From: a virus
Virus record (IMG/VR): IMGVR_UViG_3300047289_000053
Coordinates: 4,084 to 68,083 of that record
Strand: one strand, 5' to 3'
DNA: 64,000 bases
Shown: positions 48,875 to 57,301 of the stretch, one piece after another
Numbering within the stretch: position 1 is the stretch's first letter
Layout of the letters: each line of letters opens with the position of its first letter
Program-made: the position numbers and the translations under genes
The notes under the pieces: model-generated
What the model saw: the letters and a program-made list of their open reading frames with translations, nothing else
Database searches by the model: none
What the model was told of the DNA's origin: nothing

Positions 48875-49159
48875 CTAACGTGTCATCGCAAGTTTGCGGT
48901 TTGGGTTATCATTAAATGCTTTATCGCATTCCGCTTTTATGTCGGCATCTACAATTTCGCTTATGCCTTCATATTGTCCAAACCTACTAGCATAAGTACG
49001 TACATTAAGTACCCCTTTATTATTTTTAATGTAGTCTTTTATTTCATACATATCCTTTCCAAAAACTTCATAAATACTTAATGTACCCTTTTGACCCCAC
49101 TTATCTACATCGCAAGTGGCGTGAAATTCTACTAGTTTTTGTTTGATTAAATTTTGCAT
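48875..49159 (-). CDS. Small early protein
   Basis: Packed ORF. Confidence 0.5.
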   Translation of the reverse strand: MQNLIKQKLVEFHATCDVDKWGQKGTLSIYEVFGKDMYEIKDYIKNNKGVLNVRTYASRFGQYEGISEIVDADIKAECDKAFNDNPNRKLAMTR

Positions 49160-49166
49160 CTTATGA

Positions 49167-49367
49167 TTATTTATTGATTTGATTTATTAATTCATTTTGT
49201 AAATACATGGGTAATTCGGTACATGGCCACACAATTGCACCTGCCTTTTGGTCGTACAATGCTTCTTGCTTATCGCCATATATAACTATTTCCCCGTTAG
49301 AGAATCTAATTACATCTTCTTTATTTTGATTATAAAGAACGAAATCAGTTTTAGATAATGCTTTCAT
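49167..49367 (-). CDS. Small early protein
   Basis: Packed ORF. Confidence 0.5.
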   Translation of the reverse strand: MKALSKTDFVLYNQNKEDVIRFSNGEIVIYGDKQEALYDQKAGAIVWPCTELPMYLQNELINQINK

Positions 49368-49368
49368 C

Positions 49369-49578
49369 TTATAAGGTATTTAAAAAGTTTAGAATTGATT
49401 GCGTTTTAGTAGTGAATTGACCTATATATTCAGTCAAGGCTTCACCTGGATCAGTAAAAATTGAGCACTCTAATAAATCTTGATCCGATCTATTAAATAC
49501 TTTTACAATAATTACGCCACCTTCTGAGGCCACCACGTGTAGGCTATAATCGCCTTGATTAATTATCTTGCGTGCCAT
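49369..49578 (-). CDS. Small early protein
   Basis: Packed ORF with coupled stop/start. Confidence 0.5.
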   Translation of the reverse strand: MARKIINQGDYSLHVVASEGGVIIVKVFNRSDQDLLECSIFTDPGEALTEYIGQFTTKTQSILNFLNTL

Positions 49579-49856
49579 TAGTCTATTATTAATTGTTTTT
49601 TAATTTCTTGCGTTAAAATTGATATTACAAAATCGTTTACCCTTTTGGATGCTAGGACGTCATTCAAAATTTCCATTAGCTTTTCCTTAGGTAGCTCAAA
49701 TTCCTCCTCATATAATTCCCGCAAATGCTCTTGAATTTCTACGGCCTCATCAATGGCCCAAATGCATTCAGTTACTGCATATTCTTTCGGATCTAGTACT
49801 TCATATCCCCTTGAATATAATTCTTTTGTTAGTTCTCTCGTGCTATAATTTTTCAT
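49578..49856 (-). CDS. Small acidic early protein
   Basis: Packed ORF. Confidence 0.5.
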   Translation of the reverse strand: MKNYSTRELTKELYSRGYEVLDPKEYAVTECIWAIDEAVEIQEHLRELYEEEFELPKEKLMEILNDVLASKRVNDFVISILTQEIKKQLIID

Positions 49857-49860
49857 GATC

Positions 49861-50085
49861 TTATACGTTTGATAAAATATAGGTTTCTATTTCGTTTGCT
49901 TTGCTAGTGCATAGCCTAGCCATTAGGAAATTATTTAAGTACTCAGCCTCAGCATTTGCGTGCCTGGGATTGCCCATAAAGAAATTTATTTCCTCAGTGC
50001 CCGTAGTTATATTAACTTTTTTGTTTCGGCTAATTAATACCTTGTATTTATCGCCTAATGAATTTAATTTAAAGGTCTTTTGCAT
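49861..50085 (-). CDS. Small early protein
   Basis: Packed ORF. Confidence 0.5.
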   Translation of the reverse strand: MQKTFKLNSLGDKYKVLISRNKKVNITTGTEEINFFMGNPRHANAEAEYLNNFLMARLCTSKANEIETYILSNV

Positions 50086-50088
50086 TGC

Positions 50089-50775
50089 CTAGTGTTTAAG
50101 GATTTTTACTGATTTAGCTTTTGATTGCGTGCCCATGCATAGCTTGCATTGATCGCAAGTAGATTTATTTCCAGCTTCTTTTGAAGCGGGACACGTCACG
50201 TTTTCGCTACCTACGCTATCCCCTACAAAGAATGTACGCCACCCCATATTTTTAGCGGCCTTGTCTAATAGCGTCGTTTCTACGCTCGCCATGAAATAAT
50301 CTTTTGCCCATGAATTTTTGTGCCATTGATGGGTATAACCCGTCCAAAATTTAGCTCGCTTGCTAATTTTGTTTACTAGATCATGGCCTAACAAAATAGG
50401 CTCGCCATATGATCCGAAGCGTACGCCTCGGCCCTCGATCGCTTCGAGTAGATCAGCTTCTAATTCGGGGCTCAATTCGGGTATATTATCTAGGCCCAAA
50501 TTTCTAAGGCTTCTAACTTTTGAAGCTAGGCCCATTTCACTAGGTCCTTTGCGTACGTAGCATGTTTTTTTCTTGTCTTTCGAATGATCGCAATCGAAGC
50601 AAACGGCCTTGTCTGATAAGGTAGAAATTTTGGCGTCGCTTTCGATCCATTCAAAAGGAATGAAATTATTTTGGATCAAATCCCCCGTTTTGGAATTGCT
50701 TGTCTCAAACTGGAAATTAACTATAATTCCGTTTTGCTTGAAATAGATATTGTCTAGTTTTATTTTACGTTTCAT
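50089..50775 (-). CDS. Cys-rich Gp88-like (putative Fe-S/radical-SAM-related) protein
   Basis: N.KTG, C.DC...CYV, VRFGSYGEP, WTGYTHQW, MASV, GWRTF and CPAS...C..C.LC. Confidence 0.6.
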   Translation of the reverse strand: MKRKIKLDNIYFKQNGIIVNFQFETSNSKTGDLIQNNFIPFEWIESDAKISTLSDKAVCFDCDHSKDKKKTCYVRKGPSEMGLASKVRSLRNLGLDNIPELSPELEADLLEAIEGRGVRFGSYGEPILLGHDLVNKISKRAKFWTGYTHQWHKNSWAKDYFMASVETTLLDKAAKNMGWRTFFVGDSVGSENVTCPASKEAGNKSTCDQCKLCMGTQSKAKSVKILKH

Positions 50776-50786
50776 TGCGTAGATTT

Positions 50787-51128
50787 TTAATAGTTATTTA
50801 ATACGTTTTGGATCAATGTATCTAAATCTGAATATGGCTTAGATAGGGCCTTTATAAGATCGGTAATTATTGACAAGTACCTTTCGTTTTGTGCCTCTAA
50901 ATTGTAAGGCTCGCCTAGGCTAAATTCGAAGCCCTCGGAAATATTTTCGTCTACTTGAATTTGAAGCGAGCATATCCCCTCTAATTCGTCCCATTGAGGG
51001 CTTGCATAAATATCTGTTTTGCCATCCGTCCAAAATAAACTTTGACAATGAAAATCTGAATATAGACTAAAATCCAGTATTTTATCAGATCCAAAATTTG
51101 GCTTAATGTAGTTTATAAACTTTTCCAT
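50787..51128 (-). CDS. Acidic early protein
   Basis: Packed ORF. Confidence 0.5.
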   Translation of the reverse strand: MEKFINYIKPNFGSDKILDFSLYSDFHCQSLFWTDGKTDIYASPQWDELEGICSLQIQVDENISEGFEFSLGEPYNLEAQNERYLSIITDLIKALSKPYSDLDTLIQNVLNNY

Positions 51129-51129
51129 T

Positions 51130-51348
51130 TTAATTATATATTTCTATTTGAGGATATTTTTTGCCTAGGTATTTAAATAATGTTTCTCTTTTTCTAAACC
51201 TTATTTTTGTTTCCTTATCATTCCAGGGCGTTTGGTAGCTATATTCTTTCAATATAGCTATATAACCCCCTTTAAAAATTTCGTTTTCGTTTGCAAGCAT
51301 TAAAATATTATCGCTTAAAACATTTTCTTTTAAAATGTACGTTTCCAT
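51130..51348 (-). CDS. Small early protein
   Basis: Packed ORF. Confidence 0.5.
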   Translation of the reverse strand: METYILKENVLSDNILMLANENEIFKGGYIAILKEYSYQTPWNDKETKIRFRKRETLFKYLGKKYPQIEIYN

Positions 51349-51734
51349 TATATTGTTTTTATTTGATCTAAATTTTGATTTGTTACTATATATTTAACGG
51401 CCTCCTCAATAGTATTGCATTTGGGTACTTTTATTTCTATTGTATTATTTCTAAAATATATCTTATTCAATTCGGGTGCATAAGCGTGACGCTCTAACCC
51501 GCTAATTAATTTGTATTTATTCTTTTCGAAATAATATAATTTTTCAATATTTAAAGCCGCTTCTAAAATTTCGGCTAAAAAATTATGCTTTTCTATTGTA
51601 TCTACATGTAAGCCCTCTAATTCGCTTACATGATCCGAATAGTACTCTATTCTTTTGGCTTTTGCTAGTTTTATAAAACGTGTATTCTGTTTAATTGCAT
51701 TAATCTTAGTTTGAATTAATTGTAAATTTTTCAT
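51348..51734 (-). CDS. Early protein
   Basis: Packed ORF. Confidence 0.5.
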   Translation of the reverse strand: MKNLQLIQTKINAIKQNTRFIKLAKAKRIEYYSDHVSELEGLHVDTIEKHNFLAEILEAALNIEKLYYFEKNKYKLISGLERHAYAPELNKIYFRNNTIEIKVPKCNTIEEAVKYIVTNQNLDQIKTI

Positions 51735-51753
51735 TTTGTTATTTTTTAGGTTA

Positions 51754-52047
51754 TTATAATAATTCCGTTAATTCATGTATATTTATTTCACTTTCTGTAA
51801 ATTCCAGGAGTGAATAAAAAGCAAGTTCTGTAATGTTATAAGCAAGACCGAAGCCCGTCTCAAAATCCGTAGCTCCTAGGCTTGCACAAATTGCAAAACA
51901 ATTTGAGTAATAAATACAAGCCGTATCTATTTCGGACCTAATAAATTCATGAATTTCATCATAATCAGTTAAATTACCCTTTTCAATTTCGGCTTCAATT
52001 TCAGTCGTTAAATTTTCGATAAATAAGTACTTGTTAAAATTTTCCAT
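51754..52047 (-). CDS. Highly acidic early protein (possible Ocr-like DNA mimic)
   Basis: Very Glu/Asp-rich 97 aa with IHE..D..IYY..C; among the first genes of the early block. Confidence 0.5.
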   Translation of the reverse strand: MENFNKYLFIENLTTEIEAEIEKGNLTDYDEIHEFIRSEIDTACIYYSNCFAICASLGATDFETGFGLAYNITELAFYSLLEFTESEINIHELTELL

Positions 52048-52229
52048 TTTATTATATTTTATAAGGTGATTAATAATTATATTTTATTTAGTAGGTTTTA
52101 TATCTAATTTATATTTCTGTATTATATGAAATTGCTCCCAAAAGGCTAGCCACGTAAAATATTCAATACCAAATATTTTTTGGGCTAATTTGTCTTGTTT
52201 CTTATATTTACTTTTCATGATATTATATT

Positions 52230-52379
52230 TTATAAAGTGATACATTTTTTTTGCACTATCTGAAATTCCAGGAATTGAGAAGCATATTTTTTAGCATCTG
52301 AAATTTTAATAAACGCCTTAGCTTGTATAAACTTTTCGTTTATCTTTATTTGAACTGAATACATTTTAATATTTCTCAT
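52230..52379 (-). CDS. Small early protein
   Basis: ATG at 52379 downstream of a minus-strand TAGGTTTG promoter motif (52403-52410). Confidence 0.45.
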   Translation of the reverse strand: MRNIKMYSVQIKINEKFIQAKAFIKISDAKKYASQFLEFQIVQKKCITL

Positions 52380-52567
52380 TTTATTATTTCGTTTTGTTGA
52401 TACAAACCTAGGTAAACTTTTATACATAAGTCAATAGCTTGTAGAAAACTTTTTTGTGATTATTAGAAAAATGCAATGAATAGAGCCTAAATAAACAAAA
52501 GTTCTTTAAAAAATACAACAAAGTTTTTGCAAGTGTTTAAGCGTTATTTTGTAGGATCTTAAAGTCT

Positions 52568-52685
52568 ATTTAACATAATGTTAGGTTTGTGGCGGGGGCA
52601 AACGAGTCACTCCCCTCCCTTAATTTTTATTTTGATCGCCCGAAATAAATTTTTAGACTAACCTAAAAAATTCTATTTAACATAA
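52568..52685 (-). repeat. Two XerD-arm (dif half-site) motifs
   Basis: TCTATTTAACATAATGTT occurs twice. The reverse complements of 52568-52578 and 52675-52685 are TTATGTTAAAT. Confidence 0.7.
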
Positions 52686-52709
52686 TGTTTCGAATGCAAT
52701 GGGAAACAA

Positions 52710-52782
52710 TTAGACAAACGTCTAAACGATCGCGATCAATTGTTAGATAGTTAGATAAATATTTAATTAGACAAACGTCTAA
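52710..52782. promoter_or_regulatory. Duplicated palindromic operator-like site TTAGAC-AAAC-GTCTAA
   Basis: Identical 16-mers at 52710-52725 and 52767-52782. Confidence 0.65.
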
Positions 52783-52991
52783 CTAGGTCCGAACGTGCAC
52801 GGCCCAAAGCCCCAAGCGTAGCACCTAGAAAAAGCTAAAAATCCCCCGCAAAAAAGTCAAAATCCGACCCCCCCTGCCAAGATCCAGGGCGTTTCCGGAT
52901 CGGCCCCGGCAGTTTAGGATGGGGGTGTTACCCACTACCCATATATATGCCACATTCTTTTTAACTTTGCGTAAACCAAAACAAACAGACA

Positions 52992-53132
52992 ATGGCAAAA
53001 ATGATTAAAGAATATGGTGGTAAAGAGAAGTATGCTTCGAAGGCCGCTATGATGAAACACGAGAAAAAGGAAGGCAAGAAGGTAGAGAAAATGGAGAAGA
53101 AAGGTGTCTTTCCTAAGATGAAAAAGAAGTAG
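52992..53132 (+). CDS. Small Lys-rich protein (46 aa)
   Basis: MAKMIKEYGGKEKYASKAAMMKHEKKEGKKVEKMEK...; lies between a TAACTTTG promoter motif and a terminator. Confidence 0.7.
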   Translation: MAKMIKEYGGKEKYASKAAMMKHEKKEGKKVEKMEKKGVFPKMKKK

Positions 53133-53158
53133 TCAAGACCTTTAGGTTTTGAAAGATT

Positions 53159-53189
53159 GACCTGAGTTTTAAGACTTGGGTCTTTTTTT
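53159..53189 (+). terminator. Rho-independent terminator
   Basis: GACCTGAGT-loop-ACTTGGGTC followed by T7. Confidence 0.65.
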
Positions 53190-53199
53190 GCCCTTATAT

Positions 53200-53470
53200 T
53201 TTGTACAGATTCTACATTTGTACACAATTATGACTTCTTTGTGTACAAAATATGTACAAAAGTATTTTTCTACAATCTTATAACTTATTGATTATTAGTT
53301 ATTTATATTAAGTATTTATTCTTTTATGAACAAAATGAACAAAATAAATAAGAAAAGTAAAAAAAATTTCACACGCTCAAAATAAAAAAATATATTTACG
53401 TAATACGGCAAAAAAGTTTGCAAGTTTACATATTGTACATTTGGTTTGTTTTTGTTATATTTGTACAAAC
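53200..53470. promoter_or_regulatory. Origin-like element 2, homologous to 42840-43035
   Basis: TGTACA at 53202, 53219, 53242 and 53253; the reverse complement of 53281-53293 is AATCAATAAGTTA; shares ATTCTTTTATG(A/T)ACAAA(A/G)TGAACAAAATA. Confidence 0.6.
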
Positions 53471-53483
53471 AATAAAATATAAT

Positions 53484-53777
53484 ATGAAACTCTACAATTC
53501 CAAACCCCAAAAAATCATCAGGGTAAACATCAAGCAGGCTGGTCAGCCAGTTATACATTTGGCATTTGACGAATGCGAATTATTAGATTGTGCAGAGGCA
53601 CTATTGTCTTATATCAATTCGGGCTTGCCGAAAAAGAATAGTTCTGACAGATACAAGATTACTATTCAGTGTCGTGAATGGGAGAACTCTAAGAATGGGC
53701 TGTCGACTAGTTTTAGTTTTGTTGGGTCAGATAGTTCATTTGTAAGAGATTGCATTGTCAGCCATTTTGACAATTAA
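53484..53777 (+). CDS. Hypothetical protein
   Basis: ATG at 53484 after TATATTTG. Confidence 0.55.
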   Translation: MKLYNSKPQKIIRVNIKQAGQPVIHLAFDECELLDCAEALLSYINSGLPKKNSSDRYKITIQCREWENSKNGLSTSFSFVGSDSSFVRDCIVSHFDN

Positions 53778-53828
53778 TTTTGTTTGGCGTTATAATTGTA
53801 TATAGATTTGTAACAAATTAAATTTAAC

Positions 53829-55376
53829 ATGATAGTAAAAGACATCGTCTTCGGAGATGAAGGCAGAAAGAAATTAATTAAGGGTGTTAATACCATAGCA
53901 GATGCTGTGGGTTCAACATTAGGGGCTCGTGGTCGCACGGTGCTCATTGAGTCGGAGCAACACATTGGTGGCATTACAGTAACCAAGGATGGTGTGACGG
54001 TCGCTAAGTCAATTAACTTAATGGACCCAGCTGAGAACTTGGCGGTCATGATCATGCGAGAAGCATCTGAGAAGACGGCTAACTCTGCAGGTGATGGGAC
54101 GACGACCAGTATGGTGCTGGCACAAGGCATCATCCATGCGGCAATGGACGAGATTAAGCCAGATGACAACATTACCCAGGTGCTACGTGACATTCAGGCT
54201 GCAGCATTACGTGTTGCAGAAGAGTTGACGGCTATGTCGACTGAGATCACATCAGACAAGTTGGTGGACGTGGCGACTATCTCGGCAAATGGCGATGCGG
54301 AGATTGGCAAGATTATCGCTGATGCGTACAATCAAGTTGGCTTATCAGGCGTGGTGACCGTTGGAGCATCTGAGACATCGGACACATATGCTGAGGTGGT
54401 GAGTGGTATGAAGATAGACAGAGGCTTTGCGAGCAAGTACTTTGTAACAGACCACAAGAAGCAAGAGGCTGTGCTAGAGAAGCCATATATTTTGGTGACT
54501 GACCAGCCCATTACAAACCTTAACGACATCTTGCCAATCTTAGAGTTCATCCACCAAGGCAGACATTCATTGCTCATTATTGGGGAGCTAGATGAGAACT
54601 CACTAAATTCACTAAACGTGAACAAGATTAAGTTGGGCTTAAAGGTGAGCACTATTATTCCTCCATCATTTGGCTACAAGCGTCATCAGATCATGCAGGA
54701 CATCGCTATTGCGACAGGGGCTAAGTACTTTTCTGAGCAGACGGGTGACAACTTAATGATGGTCACTATTGACGACTGCGGACAAGCAGGCAAGGTGGTG
54801 AGCTCACGGTTCAATACTATTATCTTCGATGCTATCGGAGCAGGGGAGGAGAGAGTGCAAGAGTTGCAAGAGCAGATAGAGGTGGAGACGCAGGCGATCG
54901 AGAAAGAGTTCTTAAAAGAACGCATTGCTAATCTAGGCGGTGGCGTGGCTATCATTAAGGTGGGTGCTAACTCAGACATTGAGCAGAAGGAGAAGAAGGA
55001 CCGGGTGGACGATGCGGTGTGTGCGGTACGTGCAGCACTAGAAGAGGGTATCCTTCCAGGTGGAGGCGTGGCGTTGCAAGACATTGCTATTAAGATGGAG
55101 TCAAGTAATAAGGGGGATGACATATTAAGAGAGGCGATGGTGACACCCATGATCAAAATACTTAAGAATGCTGGCATAAGCATAGACTCTATTGATAGAG
55201 ACAAGATATACAAAGAAGGCATCGGCATTAATGTGGTGACGGGTGCATACTGCCACATGATGGACATGGGGATCATTGACCCGACCAAGGTGACTAAAGA
55301 AGCTCTTAAGAATGCCGTGTCAGTGGCAACTACATTGCTATCCACAGAGACGGTCATCACTAATATTCGTGCATAA
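53829..55376 (+). CDS. groEL: Phage chaperonin GroEL
   Basis: TLG.RGR.V, TKDGVTVAK, AGDGTTT, GM.IDRG, GANS..E.KEKKDRVDDA, PGGGVAL and GIIDP.KV. Confidence 0.97.
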   Translation: MIVKDIVFGDEGRKKLIKGVNTIADAVGSTLGARGRTVLIESEQHIGGITVTKDGVTVAKSINLMDPAENLAVMIMREASEKTANSAGDGTTTSMVLAQGIIHAAMDEIKPDDNITQVLRDIQAAALRVAEELTAMSTEITSDKLVDVATISANGDAEIGKIIADAYNQVGLSGVVTVGASETSDTYAEVVSGMKIDRGFASKYFVTDHKKQEAVLEKPYILVTDQPITNLNDILPILEFIHQGRHSLLIIGELDENSLNSLNVNKIKLGLKVSTIIPPSFGYKRHQIMQDIAIATGAKYFSEQTGDNLMMVTIDDCGQAGKVVSSRFNTIIFDAIGAGEERVQELQEQIEVETQAIEKEFLKERIANLGGGVAIIKVGANSDIEQKEKKDRVDDAVCAVRAALEEGILPGGGVALQDIAIKMESSNKGDDILREAMVTPMIKILKNAGISIDSIDRDKIYKEGIGINVVTGAYCHMMDMGIIDPTKVTKEALKNAVSVATTLLSTETVITNIRA

Positions 55377-55567
55377 TTTGGTAGTAATACTACTGATAAT
55401 AACAAAAATCCAAACCAATATGGCGAGGAAAATGATAATTATCCAAACCAATAGTTTATATTAGTAATGCACACTATTGACGAAACTTGTTAAAAGTTGC
55501 AAGTTCTGATAATAAGGTTAAATAAAATTTACAAATTTGTAAATAAATGTAAAATATAATTAATGTT

Positions 55568-55825
55568 ATGAAGGTAATCGGAAAGAATATTCTAATCGTT
55601 CCTCAAGAAGAGGAGACAAAATCAAAAGGCGGCTTAATTATGACCGCAATGGATGCAAATGAGCTACGCTACAAGAAAGCAACCGTGGTATCACAAGGCT
55701 CGCTAGTAGATGGCATCAAGCCAGGCTCATTTATCTACTTTGATCGTGCAGCTGGCCACACCATTCGCATCAATGAGGACCTATATACGGTCATCACTGA
55801 GAAAGATGTGGTAGTGGTGCTTTAA
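55568..55825 (+). CDS. groES: Co-chaperonin GroES
   Basis: K.IG..ILI.P.EEE.KSKGGLIM..VVS.G..I.E.DVV.VL; follows groEL. Confidence 0.85.
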   Translation: MKVIGKNILIVPQEEETKSKGGLIMTAMDANELRYKKATVVSQGSLVDGIKPGSFIYFDRAAGHTIRINEDLYTVITEKDVVVVL

Positions 55826-56328
55826 AAATCTTTATTAAGTCTACCAATGACCCTGTCATATTGCCTTGTGGCAAAGTGATGGGGTTTATTGCTTTTAGGC
55901 TTGATGTCAGATAGCTTTGGAATGGGTTTTTGACCCTGCAACATCTCATAAACTTGACGCATAATGGCTTTTGCTTGGTGAGATAGCTCATAAATCGCAC
56001 GTTTGCCTGGCTCAGGCTTGCGAAAATGGACAATTAAGCCTTTCTCCATCAAATCTCTACGTCTATTCTCAGTAAATCCAAAGATTTGGCAGTATTGGTC
56101 GAACTGATTGGCATCAAATACGTGCTCGGAGTACAAATAACACAATAGCTCAAAGTCTTCTAAGCTCAATCCGTGCTTATGACGGGCCCAAGCACGCACA
56201 ACTTTGATGTATTTTAAAAAGTCTTTGTCGACAGCCTCACGTCTAACGACAATTGGCTTGACCTTATACTCACGCACTTTGATAGCTCTAGGCTTAATCT
56301 TCCTAGGCTTCATGTATGTTTTTATCAT
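55822..56328 (-). CDS. Winged-helix-like putative transcription regulator
   Basis: LS..DFELL.YL..L...GLI..F....YELS..AK pattern. Confidence 0.55.
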   Translation of the reverse strand: MIKTYMKPRKIKPRAIKVREYKVKPIVVRREAVDKDFLKYIKVVRAWARHKHGLSLEDFELLCYLYSEHVFDANQFDQYCQIFGFTENRRRDLMEKGLIVHFRKPEPGKRAIYELSHQAKAIMRQVYEMLQGQKPIPKLSDIKPKSNKPHHFATRQYDRVIGRLNKDF

Positions 56329-56381
56329 TGAATTAAAATTTAACAAAATTAGTTATCTTTGCCAAATAATAATAAAAAATT

Positions 56382-56642
56382 ATGGCAAAGAAAATCACGG
56401 CATTGCAAACAGTGCAAGCCGCAAAGAAATTAGAACAAGATGCTCAATTAGAAATGGACAATGTTCGTGGTCTAATGGGCTCAGGCACAAAAGGTGCAGA
56501 TAAAATTATTTCAGATGCTCGCAAGCGTGCTGATTATATGAACGCAAATGCTAAACGCTACCGTTCATTAGCAAACGCTGCAGTTAAAAAAGCAACAGGC
56601 AGGGATTACCCTTTAGCTGCATCACCTTCATTCCCAGAATAA
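56382..56642 (+). CDS. Small Ala/Lys-rich protein, paralog of 56645-56977
   Basis: Shared ..ITA/ISA.. start and A.AA..KA.GRD.PL tail. Confidence 0.65.
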   Translation: MAKKITALQTVQAAKKLEQDAQLEMDNVRGLMGSGTKGADKIISDARKRADYMNANAKRYRSLANAAVKKATGRDYPLAASPSFPE

Positions 56643-56644
56643 TT

Positions 56645-56977
56645 ATGGCTAAGATGAAACCAGGGCAGATATCTGCCAAACGTGCTTATGAGGTAGCTGA
56701 TTCGTTAGCTAAAGAATCTCAATCTTCTTACAGAGTGGCTGATTTATATTATAACAAAGCTAATAATAAAGGCAAAATAATGGATATGAGTCCTACTGAT
56801 TTGAGATATTATGCAGAAAAACAAGTAAGATTAGCTGATTATAATTCAGAGAAATCTACACGTTTAAAATCTCGTGCTGATGCAGCAATGGCTAAGGCTA
56901 ATGCGGCAGCAGGTCGTGATACACCACTTCCTTCTTCTGAAGGATTGTTTTCAAAAATAAAAAATTGGTTTGAATAA
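56645..56977 (+). CDS. Small Ala/Lys-rich protein, paralog of 56382-56642
   Basis: ADAAMAKANAAAGRDTPL tail. Confidence 0.65.
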   Translation: MAKMKPGQISAKRAYEVADSLAKESQSSYRVADLYYNKANNKGKIMDMSPTDLRYYAEKQVRLADYNSEKSTRLKSRADAAMAKANAAAGRDTPLPSSEGLFSKIKNWFE

Positions 56978-57117
56978 TGGCAAAGCAAGAAAAAACACCA
57001 ATGACACGCCCGATGCCTAAGACATCTATGGGTATTTCTAAGATTGGAGCTGCTAAGAAGGCAGTTAAGGTTGCTAAAGTAGTTAAGGCTGCTAAAGCAA
57101 TCAAAAAAATGTGCTAA
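56977..57117 (+). CDS. Small histone-H1-like Lys/Ala-rich protein (46 aa)
   Basis: ...GAAKKAVKVAKVVKAAKAIKKMC*; TAATG coupling to the upstream gene. Confidence 0.6.
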   Translation: MAKQEKTPMTRPMPKTSMGISKIGAAKKAVKVAKVVKAAKAIKKMC

Positions 57118-57118
57118 C

Positions 57119-57301
57119 ATGAAAGGCTTAGGAGACGTAGTCGAGCATGTTGCTAAGGTAACAGGCGTTGCAGCCGCTGTTAAAGCCGTCGCAGGTGATA
57201 ATTGCGGCTGTGCTGCTAGAAGAGACGCACTAAACAGGGCATTCCCATTTAATAAACCACAAGATGGCAAAGACAGCAGCTTGGACAAGAAAAGAAGGTA
57301 A
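57119..57301 (+). CDS. Small conserved phage protein
   Basis: GLGD.VE...TG...CGC..RR..LN motif. Confidence 0.65.
   Translation: MKGLGDVVEHVAKVTGVAAAVKAVAGDNCGCAARRDALNRAFPFNKPQDGKDSSLDKKRR

Noticed and set aside
52430-53470. CRISPR array or tRNA in the non-coding region
   Set aside because: Repeats occur only twice or are 6-mers without regular spacers; no cloverleaf or T-loop motif seen.
54332-55405. Long antisense ORFs (106 and 239 aa) opposite groEL
   Set aside because: Typical mirror frames of a biased sense gene; no recognisable motifs or translation signals.
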